Assembly: GCA_010093995.1 (NCBI GenBank)
Contig: ML992509.1
Span: 1,015,850 to 1,079,849, forward strand
From: Elsinoe ampelina
Lineage: Eukaryota
DNA: 64,000 nucleotides
Reading direction: 5' to 3'
Made by a program: the position numbers and the translations under genes. How positions within the stretch are numbered: position 1 is the stretch's first letter; the number at the start of each line of letters is the position of its first letter. Positions 49,158 through 61,425 of the stretch are shown in pieces. Below the pieces are notes generated by a model. That model ran no database searches. It was not told the DNA's origin and saw only the letters and a list, made by a program, of their open reading frames with translations.

Positions 49158-50096
49158 TCAAGCATAAAGCGTAGTAACCTTCACCTGCGTCTCCGTCTGC
49201 GTCACCACCCTCCCAGACCTCGAACTCGTCGCCGCCTCAGTGACCGTGTACGTCTCGACAAACACCACCGACGTCCTCACCGCCACCTCATCCGTCGCCG
49301 TCACCGTCACCGTCCCATCCCACGAACTACTCTTCGGCGTGGCCGTCACCGTGACCGTCTTCCTCGGCGACCCTTTGTTCGTGACCGTCACCGTCTTCGG
49401 CACGGCGGCACTGCTCGCCGATGCACTCCCGGTGACAGTAACAGTCTTACCCTTAGCCGAGCTCGTCGTAGTCGCACTCGCACTCGCACTCGCACTCGGC
49501 GTCCCAGTCACCGTCATCGTCACCGTCACCACCCCTTCACCACCATCATCATCACAAGCCCTCGTCTTCGTCTTCGTCTTCGTCCTAAACCCACTGCTAC
49601 TAGTCGTCACACCAGGCAACACCACCACCGTCGCCGTCCTGGTGATCCTCGCGCTCGAAGCCGTCACCCACGGCACCGTCGTGGACTTTTTAGTGCAAGG
49701 CTTCCACACCCCCGGCGTCTGCTGCCCTGGCGTTTTCTCCTCGGGGTTGCTGGCGATGGCGCAGTCGGCCAGACGGCGGTGGTGTGATTTGTGGTCCATG
49801 AGCGCGCAGGGCCCGCCTTCTTTGGGGCAGGCGCCGGTGCGGGCGCAGGGGTAGGGGTGTGGGTGCCCTGGGATGGTGCAGGATTGGGTGATGAGGGTGC
49901 AAGTGCCTTGGGAGCCGGGTGGGGGCCGGATGGGGGAGAGGGGGGCCAGTTCTTGGGGTCCAGGGGAGAGGTCGCGGGGGAGGGGGAGGTGCCACTGGAT
50001 TTGGTCAGAGGGACAGGGGAAAGATGGGGGGAGGGGGCTTACGAAGGCTTGGGTTAGGCTGCCGCCGACGGCTAGAATGAGAAGGGAGGATTTCAT
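49158..50096 (-). CDS. Secreted protein with Cys-rich domain and Thr/Val-rich tail
   Basis: Signal peptide MKSSLLILAVGGSLTQA, probable intron 50042-49995, six clustered Cys (CTLITQSC...YPCARTGACPKEGGPC...C), repeated TVTVT. Confidence 0.7.
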   Translation of the reverse strand: MKSSLLILAVGGSLTQAFVSPLPPSFPCPSDQIQWHLPLPRDLSPGPQELAPLSPIRPPPGSQGTCTLITQSCTIPGHPHPYPCARTGACPKEGGPCALMDHKSHHRRLADCAIASNPEEKTPGQQTPGVWKPCTKKSTTVPWVTASSARITRTATVVVLPGVTTSSSGFRTKTKTKTRACDDDGGEGVVTVTMTVTGTPSASASASATTTSSAKGKTVTVTGSASASSAAVPKTVTVTNKGSPRKTVTVTATPKSSSWDGTVTVTATDEVAVRTSVVFVETYTVTEAATSSRSGRVVTQTETQVKVTTLYA

Positions 50097-50684
50097 GGTT
50101 CGAGTGTGGGACTTGGGTTGGATGCGATGGAAGGAGGAAAGGTAGAGGGCAGGTCTGGATGGGTTGATATATGGCAGGGTATGGCTGGAGTGAGCAATAT
50201 AGTCTGCTATTTGTCATGATGGCTCCGCTCGAGGAGGGTTGATGCTGTTTGACTTGTTGCTACACGACGTAGAGATGCAGGAAATACCGCCGATCAGAGC
50301 TTCGTTGACTGGTGAGAGCTTTTTGCGGCACTACTTCTGGTAAAGCTGAACAAGGTTGTGCAGAGCCGTTTGTATACTGAATACACTGGGTATAGCTGGA
50401 GGCTCATAAGAGCTCGAAATTTTGCTTTATTGGTCCGTCGATATGCAGGGCGTGCAGTGTTGAACGTTGAGTCGGAGCTCAAGGTTATGGAGACAAGATC
50501 CGATTCCGGTTGAACTGCTGCATGTGATGCTGTATGTATAAGAACCCGCCCAGAAATGCCAGAAATGCCAGAAATGCTAGATTGCGGCTCGCTATGCCAC
50601 TCGCTGTCGTCGATGCCCAAAACTCCTTTGCTATGCAGCCGGCCGTGATAACGTCAAACATCGGTAATCGTGATCCACACCAAA

Positions 50685-51338
50685 CTACCTATAACCCCTC
50701 CTCTCCTCTTCAACGACCCTCTCACGTCGGTGGTAGCTGTCCCTGCTTGCCCTAGGGTCGTAGTCGTAACCACCGCGGTGTGGCTCCACTCGTCTGTATG
50801 TCTCCCAACGATCCATGCTTTGACGGGGAGCACTCCTATCCCTAATCCATTCCCGCTCTTTGATGTCGTACTCGCTTCTTGGGCGGGCGGTTGTCCCACT
50901 CGTTACACTTGTCCCAGTCACAGATGTTGCTCGTGATGTGCGGGAATGGTGTGAGGTTGCCCTGGACGCCCTCGACTTGCCCGACTTGTGTGTTTTGGCT
51001 TTGGTTGTGCTGCTATCGGACGAGCTTGAGCTAATGACAGAAGCGCTCTCAAAGACTTCAACCATCTCGGGAGGAGGTGGGGGTGGAGCTTCTTTTGTCT
51101 TTGTGGTTGTCTCGGTGATCTTAATCTCCTCACGAATAGCTTCTGGAGCTGGAGCAGGCTGGATAGTTATTGGCTGGGGAGGAGGTGCCTGGACGACGTA
51201 TGTAGTGGACTGGCGGGGAGCTCGTTCGTAGGTGATGACTCGTCTGGTTGGAGAACGGGAGTAGTAACGTTTACTCGAGACGACTCGCTTGCGAGAAGGG
51301 CGGTATTCGCCCTCTTCTTCGACCGAGACGAAGCACAT
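50685..51338 (-). CDS. Hypothetical R/S/P/T-rich protein
   Basis: 217-codon ORF from MCFVSVEEEGEY with biased, protein-like composition; no domain recognised. Confidence 0.6.
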   Translation of the reverse strand: MCFVSVEEEGEYRPSRKRVVSSKRYYSRSPTRRVITYERAPRQSTTYVVQAPPPQPITIQPAPAPEAIREEIKITETTTKTKEAPPPPPPEMVEVFESASVISSSSSDSSTTKAKTHKSGKSRASRATSHHSRTSRATSVTGTSVTSGTTARPRSEYDIKEREWIRDRSAPRQSMDRWETYRRVEPHRGGYDYDPRASRDSYHRRERVVEEERRGYR

Positions 51339-52096
51339 TCTTGTTGACACCACTAGGGGAACAGTATGGTACAACAAGATGAGTATACAATGTGGTTTGA
51401 CAAATGTTGTGGTGACGGACTGCTCAACAGTGAGGAATAGAGGTAACTGGGAAAGATGCTTGAGATGTCGACAGTAAATACCAACCAAAAGTTACAGCCC
51501 TAAAGCATCATTCGATTCAGCGACAAACCTGATTGCGAGCAAATCTGGTTGCGTCGGCGTGCAGCGAGTGGGCGACGAAGCGACGAGTGGGGGTGTGCGT
51601 CCCATGGTCGTTGTTCCAAGGTCGGGGAGGTTGGGCAGCAAGAACAGGAACGTGCCATGTGCTGAACGAATCAAAGAATCATCATGTGCCTCTCCGCGGA
51701 AACGGCAGTGATCCTTGCAGATGACCGCTTCTCCAGTGAAAGGAATTGAAGCAGAGGAATTGACAGCACGATATACATGAATGAAGCCGAAGAATTGACC
51801 TGTCAGCCCGTTTGTTTTGATGCTCGCTGCTCCTCTGGCCTGAATTTCAACCCATTTACGTCATGGTTTCCACTCTGCCACTCTCCCGAAAAACACCCAA
51901 AAGGGAAGCAGCCTGCGTAAATCTGGAGATCCACATGCTTCCGCGCTTCTTCGACAGACCAGGGATCTCGTGGGCGAACAGATTCACGCGACCAGAAATT
52001 ATTGTGCTCGAGACAATCACTATCGCAACATGATCTGTCTGTCTTTGCGGTGACCAGAAGTCGACCCTGACGACTCCCGTCAGAGGTCTCACAGCC

Positions 52097-55018
52097 ATGC
52101 AAAGAAACCCAAAGAGTCGCCTGCCCAACCAGCGCGCCAGCATCTTCGATGATGAAGTTAAGAAACAAAATGTGAAGAGAAAGAGTGTCTTTTCCAGCCT
52201 AAAGGTCACTCAGATTGTGACTGACAAGCTCGCCCTACCTGCTGGTGCGATGTTCCACTTATGTCAAAAGAGCTGCCCTCTGACCTGACCAGAAATCATC
52301 TCGGTCATAATCGATTACCTACCGCCTGCCGACCAGATACGATGTGCCCAAGCCTCGCGAAAGCTGAAGGAGATGGTGTACGATGACTCAAGGTGGATTC
52401 AGAAGTTACAAACGCTCGGGGTGTGGAACGAGGATGAGGCCAGACAACAATACGAAGAGAATATGCGGAGGAAGATGGAAGCGCAAAGGGCCCAAGGACA
52501 ATCGCATCGACTCGGGCAGAACGGTACATCAGGCAAAGATCCCGATCGAGCACCTAGCATCACCTTGTTCGACGTCGATATGGAGCAACAAGCTAATAGA
52601 GCGCGAGCGAATTCCCACAGACAACGACCGAGCCTGGTGGATGGATTCGATGATCTTACCTTGACGGCCAATTCTGCGACTGGACACTTGCAAGGACCTA
52701 CAGCACGAGCAGCGACCGCTTTACAGACAGCCAAATCGATCAGAGGACAAGCTAGGAAAGAATATGGTTACATACATGGCGCATTGAATCCTTTCTACGT
52801 CGACATAACGAAACCTAATGACTCGATTGATCCGATCGTGTTTCGCGTCTTCACGGCACCACAGCAGCAAGCTCAGGTTCTGGCAAATCTTCAAAGATTC
52901 AGCAGATTAGACACGGCTTACAAACAGCAAGACCGTGTGAATAAGCTGGAATATATGATTGAGCTTTTTCAGAATCGCATAACAAACACATTCCGGCAGG
53001 CTTATGAGAACCAGAGTACTGAGGAGATGAAGAGTTGTGTAGCTGTGCTGGCTATTCTGGATGGGGGACGATCTGCGGTCGATGCTTTCATCGACAATCA
53101 TCCACTCGTAGTAGGCTCAATGCGCTTAGCGAATGCTCAAGACTGTATCGAGGGAGTCGCGTTTGGTCATGTCGACTTGAGCCCGTCTCAAAGATTCTTC
53201 CAGCGTCTGGCTGTGGTCTTCTCGGAGCAATCTGCACTAATAGATCAGATCTTCCCGCCAGACCTGGACGTCCTTACACCTTTCCTCGGACGAGTAAATG
53301 CCAAAGTCATCCAGGGCTTTCTAGACTCGGTATTTCAGCTCACACGGGACCGTGGATCGGAAACGTACCTAAAGTCGATACCTGGTGTATTTGAGCAGTG
53401 CATGCGATTCTGCATCTCGTTACAGCCTACCAAAGCATCGCCAAAGACGTTCTCCGAAACAGCACAGTCAATACTGCTCCGGACCTTTGAGTCTCACGTC
53501 CAAGTCTACCTGGCGGAGGAATTAGAAACCTTTAATCGTAAAGCTTCTGAAGAGGTCTCCAATTGGGAACGGGACCTTTCAGAGCAGGATTCTCGCGCAG
53601 AGACCTTTTTCATGTCAGGCATCAATCGACAAGCTGCGAAACGAGACTTCTTGTCATCTTTCAAGAAGGTCGTAATGATGCCAGTCAATGCTGTAGCAGC
53701 TTTCCCGCTGCCCGGTGCTTCACGACAGAATGCACAACTTGCTCCAGCGGACGCAGAAAAGACGTCACGTCCTTCGACTCCAGCGCTTGCGAGCTCTCCT
53801 TTCTCACCACACGCTGGGAGCACTACGCCGATCACCGAACCACCACAGACAGAACTGGCCGCCAAAGCTGCTCTCATGACGTCTCGACTGGAGAACATCA
53901 AAAGTCTCTTCAGCATTGAAGTTGCTTTGAACATAGTACACCACGCCAAAGGCTCTATTGAGCGGATTGCTATACTTGCGCGTCATGGCGATCGATTTAG
54001 GAAAGATGCCATCTCGCAATGTGAGAGCATCTTCATTTCGTTGCTAGATATCCTGGGTGACAGGCATATCAAAACTGGCTTCGACAAAGCTGTTGGTCAT
54101 CTCGGCTCCTACAACCCTCGTGAACTCCGCCAGACCGAGGATACCTCCATCGAGCAGTCCGGTGGTGTCGAGCCTCTCGTCACCTTCCTAGAGCTGGTCA
54201 ATGTCGGTGATCTGATCCAACAGATGGTCGACGTCTTTTATGCTCAGGAGCTGGTTGGCCCAGGGCTCACGGACCGAGATGACTTTCTCAATCCAGCAGG
54301 AAAAGAGAAGAAACGTTTCGAGCAGATGTTGGATGAGCGTGTCGCAGCTGGTATGAGCAAAGGTATCGATGTACTCATGGACGAAGTCGAATACCTATGC
54401 GCCACAACACAAGCAGCCACAGACTTCAACCCCGGCGTCGACGGAAGCACAGGAGGCATAGTCGACATTGGTCCCACCAAGACAGCCAAGGATGTAGTCC
54501 AGCTCGTCGAAAGCCACACAGCCATGCTCACGGGCAGCACCGAAAAGACCATGCTCGACGTCTTCTACCAAGAAGTTGGCCTCCGCCTCTTCGGCGCCAT
54601 CTGCAAACACGTCAAGCGCCAACGCATTAGCGTCGACGGCGCCATCCTGCTCATCAGGTGAGTGTCCCCTCGTCCCCCCGCCCCCCACCTCCCCTGCTGA
54701 CTCTTGCCCAGCGACATCAACCTCTACGCCACCTTCATTTCCTCCCTCAAGCAAAAGCCACTGGTACCCTACTTCACCGCCCTCCGCGAACTCAGCCAGA
54801 TCTACCTCGTCGACTGCACCCCTTCCCCACGGGACAGTAAGAAGCAGCGCAATGCCAGATCGAAGGAGCTGGCGACCATCATTGCGGACAATGATCGGTA
54901 CAAAGGAATATTTGGAGCGGAGGAGGTGTTGGAATTTGCAGAGCGGAGGGCGGATTGGTATGCTGTCCGGGCGGACGTGGAGAAGGGGTTGTATGGGATG
55001 GGATGTGTGGTTATGTGA
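52097..55018 (+). CDS. RCY1: F-box protein Recyclin-1 (Sec10-like domain, CaaX)
   Basis: F-box LPA|EIISVIIDYLP, MVYDDSRW, KRDFLSSFKKV, FSIEVALN, FLELVNVGDLIQQM; intron 54658-54711; C-terminal CVVM. Confidence 0.92.
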
Positions 55019-55151
55019 TGTGATGACTTTGTACGAAGTGATGATGACCAAGACAAACAAAGACCAAAAATGGAACCGAGGACGCAGATACGTCAAGCTC
55101 TGTGAGGTCTGGTGTACATGGCGTTTTGCATGATCCGCGTCTCTATGACAT

Positions 55152-57728
55152 TTATTGTCCAAAGGACCTTCTAGCCTTCCATCTTTTGTCCACGCTCCCA
55201 ACTCTACTCCCCTTCCCGCTCCCCCCTACCACACTCTGCCCCATTTCACTCGTCTCCAGCTTCACCTCCCTCGTCACTACAATCGAATTGGCTCTATTCC
55301 TCTTCCTCCTACCACCCGTGACACTGCCACCACTCAGCTGCCTGCCTCTGACTCTGCCATCAGAACCAGCAAGGGGCGCGAGCGCGTCGGGTTCTTCCCC
55401 TCCCCCCACCCCCCCTTCCACTCGTGCATCCAAGACCGCAGAGGGGGCAGGGAGCAAAGCGGAGACGATCGGGTAGCAGCTCCCCCTCCTCGAGGAGGAA
55501 GAGCCAGCATTACCCTCCGAACTCGCATCTCGAGGCACTCCATCCTTGAGCCAATCCTGCGAGCGACGGACCAAAGCCAACGGCCGCAACGGGACACCCG
55601 CACGCGTTGCTCCATCCACGAGCGCCGCGGTCGAAGCACAAAGCGAGGAGGAGTCACCACGGCTGTCCTTCCGCCAAGGCCCCCTCTCCTTCTCCTCCTC
55701 CCCTACATCCCTCTCCCTCCCATCCCTCTCCCGCACCGTGATCGGGTCGAGGCTACTCCCCGCCGTCAGCCCCGCCGCCTTGTCCTGCGACTGGGCCCCC
55801 TCTCCCTCTCCCTCCCCCTCCCCCTCCCCGAAAGCCCAAGGCCAACTCTCCTTCCGCGCCTCCACAGGCGTCGCTTCCGCCGTGGCCGTGCTCCCCAGCC
55901 CGAACACGGGATCGACGTCGGGCCGGAGACTGAGCTTGTGTTGGGCCTCGAGGAGTTCGTGGTGTTTGCCGCTCGGGCGGCGGGAGGAGGAGGAGGAGGG
56001 GCGGGAGAGGCTGAGGGAGGAGAAGGGAGGGGGGTTGTTGCTGGGGGCAATGCGGTCGAGAGGCGGGGTGGTGTTGACGCTGAAGGGTGTGGAGGAGGGT
56101 TTGCGGTCTGTGGGGCCGATTTGGGGGCTTTCGTGGGGTGGGGCGGTGCTGGATTGGTGCTGGTTGGAGTAGTCGTTGAGTTTGGTCCAGTCTGGTGGAC
56201 CGGGTGCTTTGCCTTTGGATTGCTTTGAAGAGGACGCAATGGGTAGGTTGTCGAGTGCGCTCGTTGAGCGCTGGGATTCGGACAAGGGCGAGACGATCGT
56301 CAGGGCGATCGCTGTGCAGGAAGAAATGCTCGAGGAAGGGGATGGGTGGTGGATGTTGTCGGCCCGGGGTGGCAGGAGGTATGCAGAGTCGGGAATTTCG
56401 GTAAAGTCTCGAATTTTGCTGTGGGAGATCTTGTGGCCAAGATCATGAGCTTCGAATGAGGTGTCGCGCTGAAATTGAGATGCTGTGGTCGCTGAGCCCG
56501 GATCTGACCGATCGCGGACTACTAGTTGTCGCGGCCTGTAATTGCTTGAGTACGACATGACACCTCCTGTGGATGGAAATGTCGTTGATGGTGTATGATC
56601 ATGTCTGATGGTATCCCGAATGCCTCCTGTGCCGAAACGGGAGGCGAAGCCTTTGAGACACGGTATCGTGGCTGACACAAGAGCGTAGCAGACCAGGACC
56701 TGTTGGATGACGAGAGGATCTACGAGACCGATGTTTGAATGCTCTAGGCCTGAGTTGATCCACCGAGAGTAGGAGTAGACATGCCAGATGAAGAGAACGC
56801 CATTACTGTACAGCCGTTAGTCATGCATGAACGGTGATTCAAGGGGTCTCGTGGTGCTGATATCCGAGCAGTGAGAGTGCGGATTCAATGCTTCTGAATT
56901 TCCAGCACAGCTTAGACGAAATCGTCTTGTCGCAGCAAGAGGGGGACTTTGGGATGGTCCAACTTACAAGATCGGGAAGATGAAAGCGCTGCTGACCACA
57001 AACCGTCTCTGCCTTGTCATTTGAATATCGAGGAACAGGTAAGCCGGGATGACGCCGCAGAACAGCTGGGTAGCGGCCTCCATTACGCAAAGAGCAAGAG
57101 CTCTAGACCGCATACCCTTGCAAGTGACTCCATGTGCAGCAATCAGGGTGGTTGAGGGATGACATCCAACAGTGGCGACTAGGCTGGCGGCGACGGCACA
57201 TACGGCGCAGATTCCAATCAAGAGGTTGCAGACACTCCAAGCCTTGTGATGCTCCGTCGTGAAAATGTTTCGGAGGAGGCAAAGGCACGATATCTTGACC
57301 ATGCCAAGGAGGAGATGGAGCGTTACTCGACCGGAAAATATCAGCTGTAGCGATCGTCAGATCATGTTGGGTCTGTTATGTGTGACGAGAGCTTACTTCT
57401 CCAGCCGAGGCTTCGTCGGCGCTCGATATCAAGCCTGGTGCCATACCGAGTCCTCGTTGCAGGGCGGACAGTGTAAGAGTCCATTGTACTATGCCGAATG
57501 CCTGGCCAAGAGGTTAGTCCGTATGCAGTTGATATGGCAGATGTACCCCACGTAGCCACCTAGCACTACAGCATCATCCAAAGCGTAGGCACCGTACTTG
57601 ACGAAGAGCCGAATTCCAAGAACCGATATTGCGTAGAGCATGGACAGCAGAGTTGCAACGTAGAGCCATGGTTTGTGATTTGTCGAAGTCACTTCCATCC
57701 ACCGATGGACTTCAGGCGACTGTGTCAT
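55152..57728 (-). CDS. PTH11-like integral membrane receptor (rhodopsin-like domain) with long cytoplasmic tail
   Basis: TM1 LGIRLFVK...ALDD, KISCLCLLRNIF, LDIQMTRQRRFVVSSAF, YALVSATIPCLKGF; three GT-AG introns. Confidence 0.8.
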
Positions 57729-59274
57729 GGTGGACGTCTGGTCGCCATCAAGTCCTCCTCATGTTGACGAGAAGCGTCTGGGGAGCAGAGGTCATGATTG
57801 AAATGACCCACGTCGACAAGCGTGCTGATCAAAGGGTCTTCCCTGGCTCAAAAACACGTTGCAGGGAAAAGTGATGGAAGCCAACGTCGATACTGGCATC
57901 ATGACCTGGAGGTCAGGCAAAGCGACCCGCAGAGACAATGATTGGCATGGACGAGTCAGGACGATCCCCGAGTCACAGGCGATTCGTAGAACAAGTAGAG
58001 AACCGACCTGCTTATTTGCTCAGGACGCCATGCCTTTGGTGGTGAACATGGTCAAAGCGAAGCGTTAACCGCCACCCAACGGTCGAATAGAGTGCAGACG
58101 ATGCACAAACGGCCACCAACAACAATGAAATCAGACTCGGAATGCCGACGGAGCCGTCACAGCTTCAAGAAGCAAGAGCGAAGAGTGGGAGTGAGTCTCA
58201 ATCATCATTTCGTATATAGTAATTGATCAATGTGAAGATGAGTCGTCGGTGTCCCGGCATGGCGGGCCGACAAGTGGGATCCGCGAGTCATTCCGCGAGT
58301 CATTCCGCTATTCGACGCCTTTTCCTTTTCCTTTTTCCATCCCTGCATCTTTCCTCCATCGTGCACACATTGCCGTCCTTGACTTGTGGTCTGCGATATC
58401 CATCTCAATCTCATTACGGCATCAATCCCTCTGCCTACTTTTATTCAACTATAGCAGACCCACTTGGCGAATGACCTCGAACATTATTCCAGCCGTGTCC
58501 ACTGTCCAGTGAGTGACGAGTGGCTTTAGCTCGTTCGAGTAAGAAAGCCGTTGTCGAGCCGAGCCATGGCCGTGGAGTCTGCACTAGCGTCCATAGTCAA
58601 AGGGGCCAGCGAGGTAGCGAGACAGGTGATCAAAGGATGGGACTTCGGCAACCCGTCAAAGCATCCATATTGCATCAAACTGTCCCGCACGACTGCGGTG
58701 AAGGAGGTCTACTGTAGATTGACTTTGATTGACCCGCGAAGCTTGGTGGCGCCCCCTTGCACTACTTGGCCGAAATATAGTAAGTCTGATTCATTCACCT
58801 CACGAACAAGTCCAGCTACATGATCGGCAACGCGCCATGGCAACAAGCAGGCTACAAACGCTCCGACAAGGTGAGGAGAATTTCCTAGTCGCTCAACAAC
58901 CGTGTACGGACTCGGGTAAGCAATTTCCCTGCAGGGGAACATAACATGTGCATCATGCAGCCACACGCATGTACCAGAACGCGCTAGACGATCCAGTCCA
59001 ACGGTCTGCCACTCCGACTGGCGATCCCCACTTCCTACTACTGTCATGTACCCACGACATGAGCAGGATATACATTGACGTACCTTTTACCTCTTGGTCC
59101 TGCGGAAACCTTGACTTCTCCATCGAGGAATCGTTCACCGGGCTAGAGGAGACGAACACAGCACTCTGACCTCGGTCTCTCTGGATATCTGGGCCGACTG
59201 CAGGACATCTACTCTCCTTCCAGTTGTCACATCCTCTAAAATAATCCTAGAGAATCAGGATTGTCTCGTTCATC

Positions 59275-60909
59275 ATGCCACAGTCAGAGAAGGCCGTGGC
59301 CGTGACAGCCACCGAGATGCCGCCTACTTTCCACAAGGGCAGCGTGGACACCATCGCAGCCGAGAAAATGGGCGTCGAGCATGACAGACAGGATATGCTT
59401 CGAATGGGCAAGAAGCAAGAAATGAGGGCAAGTGGACCAAGTTCATACCTCCAGTCCCCGGCTAACACCATCCAGCGAAGTTTCCAATTCTTCTCGATAT
59501 GGGGCTACGCTGTCATCCTTGGAAACACGTGGGAGTTTGCCCTTGTGACGGGAGTCCTCTCGCTCACTCAAGGTGGCCCAGCTGGCGCCATCTGGATGTT
59601 TCTCGCCACCTGCTTCGGCATGTTCTTCGTCATGCTGTCCATGGCCGAGATGGCATCCATCGCTCCGACTGCTGGCGGTCAATACCACTGGGTATCCGAA
59701 TTCGCTCCCCGACAATACCAAAAGCTCTTGTCCTACGTCGTCGGCTGGCTCTGCGTCTTGGGCTGGCAAACCTGCATGGTCACCGTCGGACTCGTCGCCG
59801 CATCCCAATTCACCGCCCTCATCTCCCTCTCCGACCCCAACTACACCATCCAAGGCTGGCACACGGCCCTCCTCATCATCGCCGTCACCTGCTTCGCCAT
59901 CCTCTTCAACACCTTCCTCGTCCGCAAACTCCCCCTCCTCGAAGGCATCGTCATCATCCTACACATCTTCGGCTTCTTCGCCGTCTTCGTCGTCCTCTGG
60001 ATCATGGGCCCTCGCGCCCCGCCCTCCCAAGTCTTCACCCAATTCGAAGACAACGCAGGCTGGGGCTCCATCGGCCTCGCCTGCCTCGTCGGCATCTCCT
60101 CCCCCGTCATCACCCTCGTCGGCGCCGACTCCTCCTGCCACCTCAGCGAAGAACTCACAAACGCCTCCTGGGTGCTCCCCCGCGCCATGATCGCCACGGC
60201 CATGACCAACTACGCCCTCGGCTTCCTCATGACCATCACCCTCATGCTCAACCTCGGCGACGTCGCCTCGGCCCTCGCCTCCCCGACGGGCCAACCCTAC
60301 ATCCACGTCCTCCAACAAGCCACCCGCTCCCACGCCGCGACATGCGTCCTCACCTCGACCGTCGCCCTCCTCCTCCTCTCCTGCGCCATCAACCAAGTCA
60401 CGACCTCCTCGCGCCAACTCTTCGCCTTCGCCCGCGACAACGGCCTCCCCTTCAGCCCCTTCCTCGCCACCATCCACCCCGGCCTCGACATCCCCCTGAA
60501 CGCCATCCTCGCCACCCTGGCCTTCACCGCCCTCCTCTCCGTCCTCGTCGTCGCCTCCTCCGCCGCCCTCGCCAACATCACGACCCTCTCCCTCACAGGC
60601 CTCGTCTCCTCCTACGCCATCGCGATAGCCTGTTTCTTCCTCAAGCGCCTGCGCCGGGAACCCTTGCCCGCCAGCCGCTTCCGCTTGCCGGGACCGCTCG
60701 GCTTCGCGGCGAACGTCATCGCCCTGGCCTGGTTGGGTCTGACGTTTGTCATGATGTTTTTCCCCGCCGTGCCGGCGCCCGACGCGAGGGGGATGAATTG
60801 GAGTGTTCTCATCTTTGGGGCCGTGGTGGGGTTTAGTTTGGTGTATTATAGGGTGGCGGCGAGGGGGAGGTATGTGGGGCCGGTGGAGTATGTGAGGAGG
60901 GATCTCTGA
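59275..60909 (+). CDS. APC-family amino acid/GABA/choline permease
   Basis: DMLRMGKKQEMR, SMAEMASIAPTAGGQYHWVSEFAP, HLSEE, SRQLFAFARDNGLPFS, YVGPV; probable GC-AG intron 59428-59475. Confidence 0.93.
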   Translation: MPQSEKAVAVTATEMPPTFHKGSVDTIAAEKMGVEHDRQDMLRMGKKQEMRASGPSSYLQSPANTIQRSFQFFSIWGYAVILGNTWEFALVTGVLSLTQGGPAGAIWMFLATCFGMFFVMLSMAEMASIAPTAGGQYHWVSEFAPRQYQKLLSYVVGWLCVLGWQTCMVTVGLVAASQFTALISLSDPNYTIQGWHTALLIIAVTCFAILFNTFLVRKLPLLEGIVIILHIFGFFAVFVVLWIMGPRAPPSQVFTQFEDNAGWGSIGLACLVGISSPVITLVGADSSCHLSEELTNASWVLPRAMIATAMTNYALGFLMTITLMLNLGDVASALASPTGQPYIHVLQQATRSHAATCVLTSTVALLLLSCAINQVTTSSRQLFAFARDNGLPFSPFLATIHPGLDIPLNAILATLAFTALLSVLVVASSAALANITTLSLTGLVSSYAIAIACFFLKRLRREPLPASRFRLPGPLGFAANVIALAWLGLTFVMMFFPAVPAPDARGMNWSVLIFGAVVGFSLVYYRVAARGRYVGPVEYVRRDL

Positions 60910-61425
60910 TGGCATTCGGAATGAGGATTAGGACTTGTAGGGGACGATCCAAAATGTCATGGCATGTACTAGACCGAGTGTTTTGTCCCGGTAACGTGAT
61001 CCACGAGCTCCTTGAACATGGGGAGTACTGCGGTGAGTTCTCCAAAGTACCCATGCTGCCATGAATGAGAGAATTATTTCGATCTTTCATTCCGCCATCG
61101 ATGACTGCATGACAGCTATGCTCGCCTGAAGCTTATGCTAAGATACTATCTTTCTGTCTTTCTGTATTCTCGCAGCTGTTACTCCGGTGGGCACTTATGC
61201 CTTCTTGCCTGCTTGATTCTTCTCATGTCCCGTGAGAGACGTCTATTGTACACCTTTGCCCTTGAGTTGTCTTCCGAAAGCGCCTCGCTTGGTACTCAGC
61301 AAATCCGATTCCATGCACCAGTGCCCATGCTGTATGTCCGAACGCCTCGCTGAAACCACCCATGCACCGCCCGTGACCCATTAAACCACCTGCCCAATCC
61401 CTCGTCTCTCTTCTCCAAGGTCCCA

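Noticed and set aside
58281..58308. CCGCGAGTCATT x2.3 upstream of the permease, and CAGAAATGC x3 at ~50551
   Set aside because: Too short to distinguish from slippage; not a perfect TGASTCA site.
59443..60915. Long overlapping alternative-frame and antisense ORFs (445, 318 aa), and similar ones at 27-28 kb and 55-56 kb
   Set aside because: Explained by extreme C/G skew suppressing stop codons.
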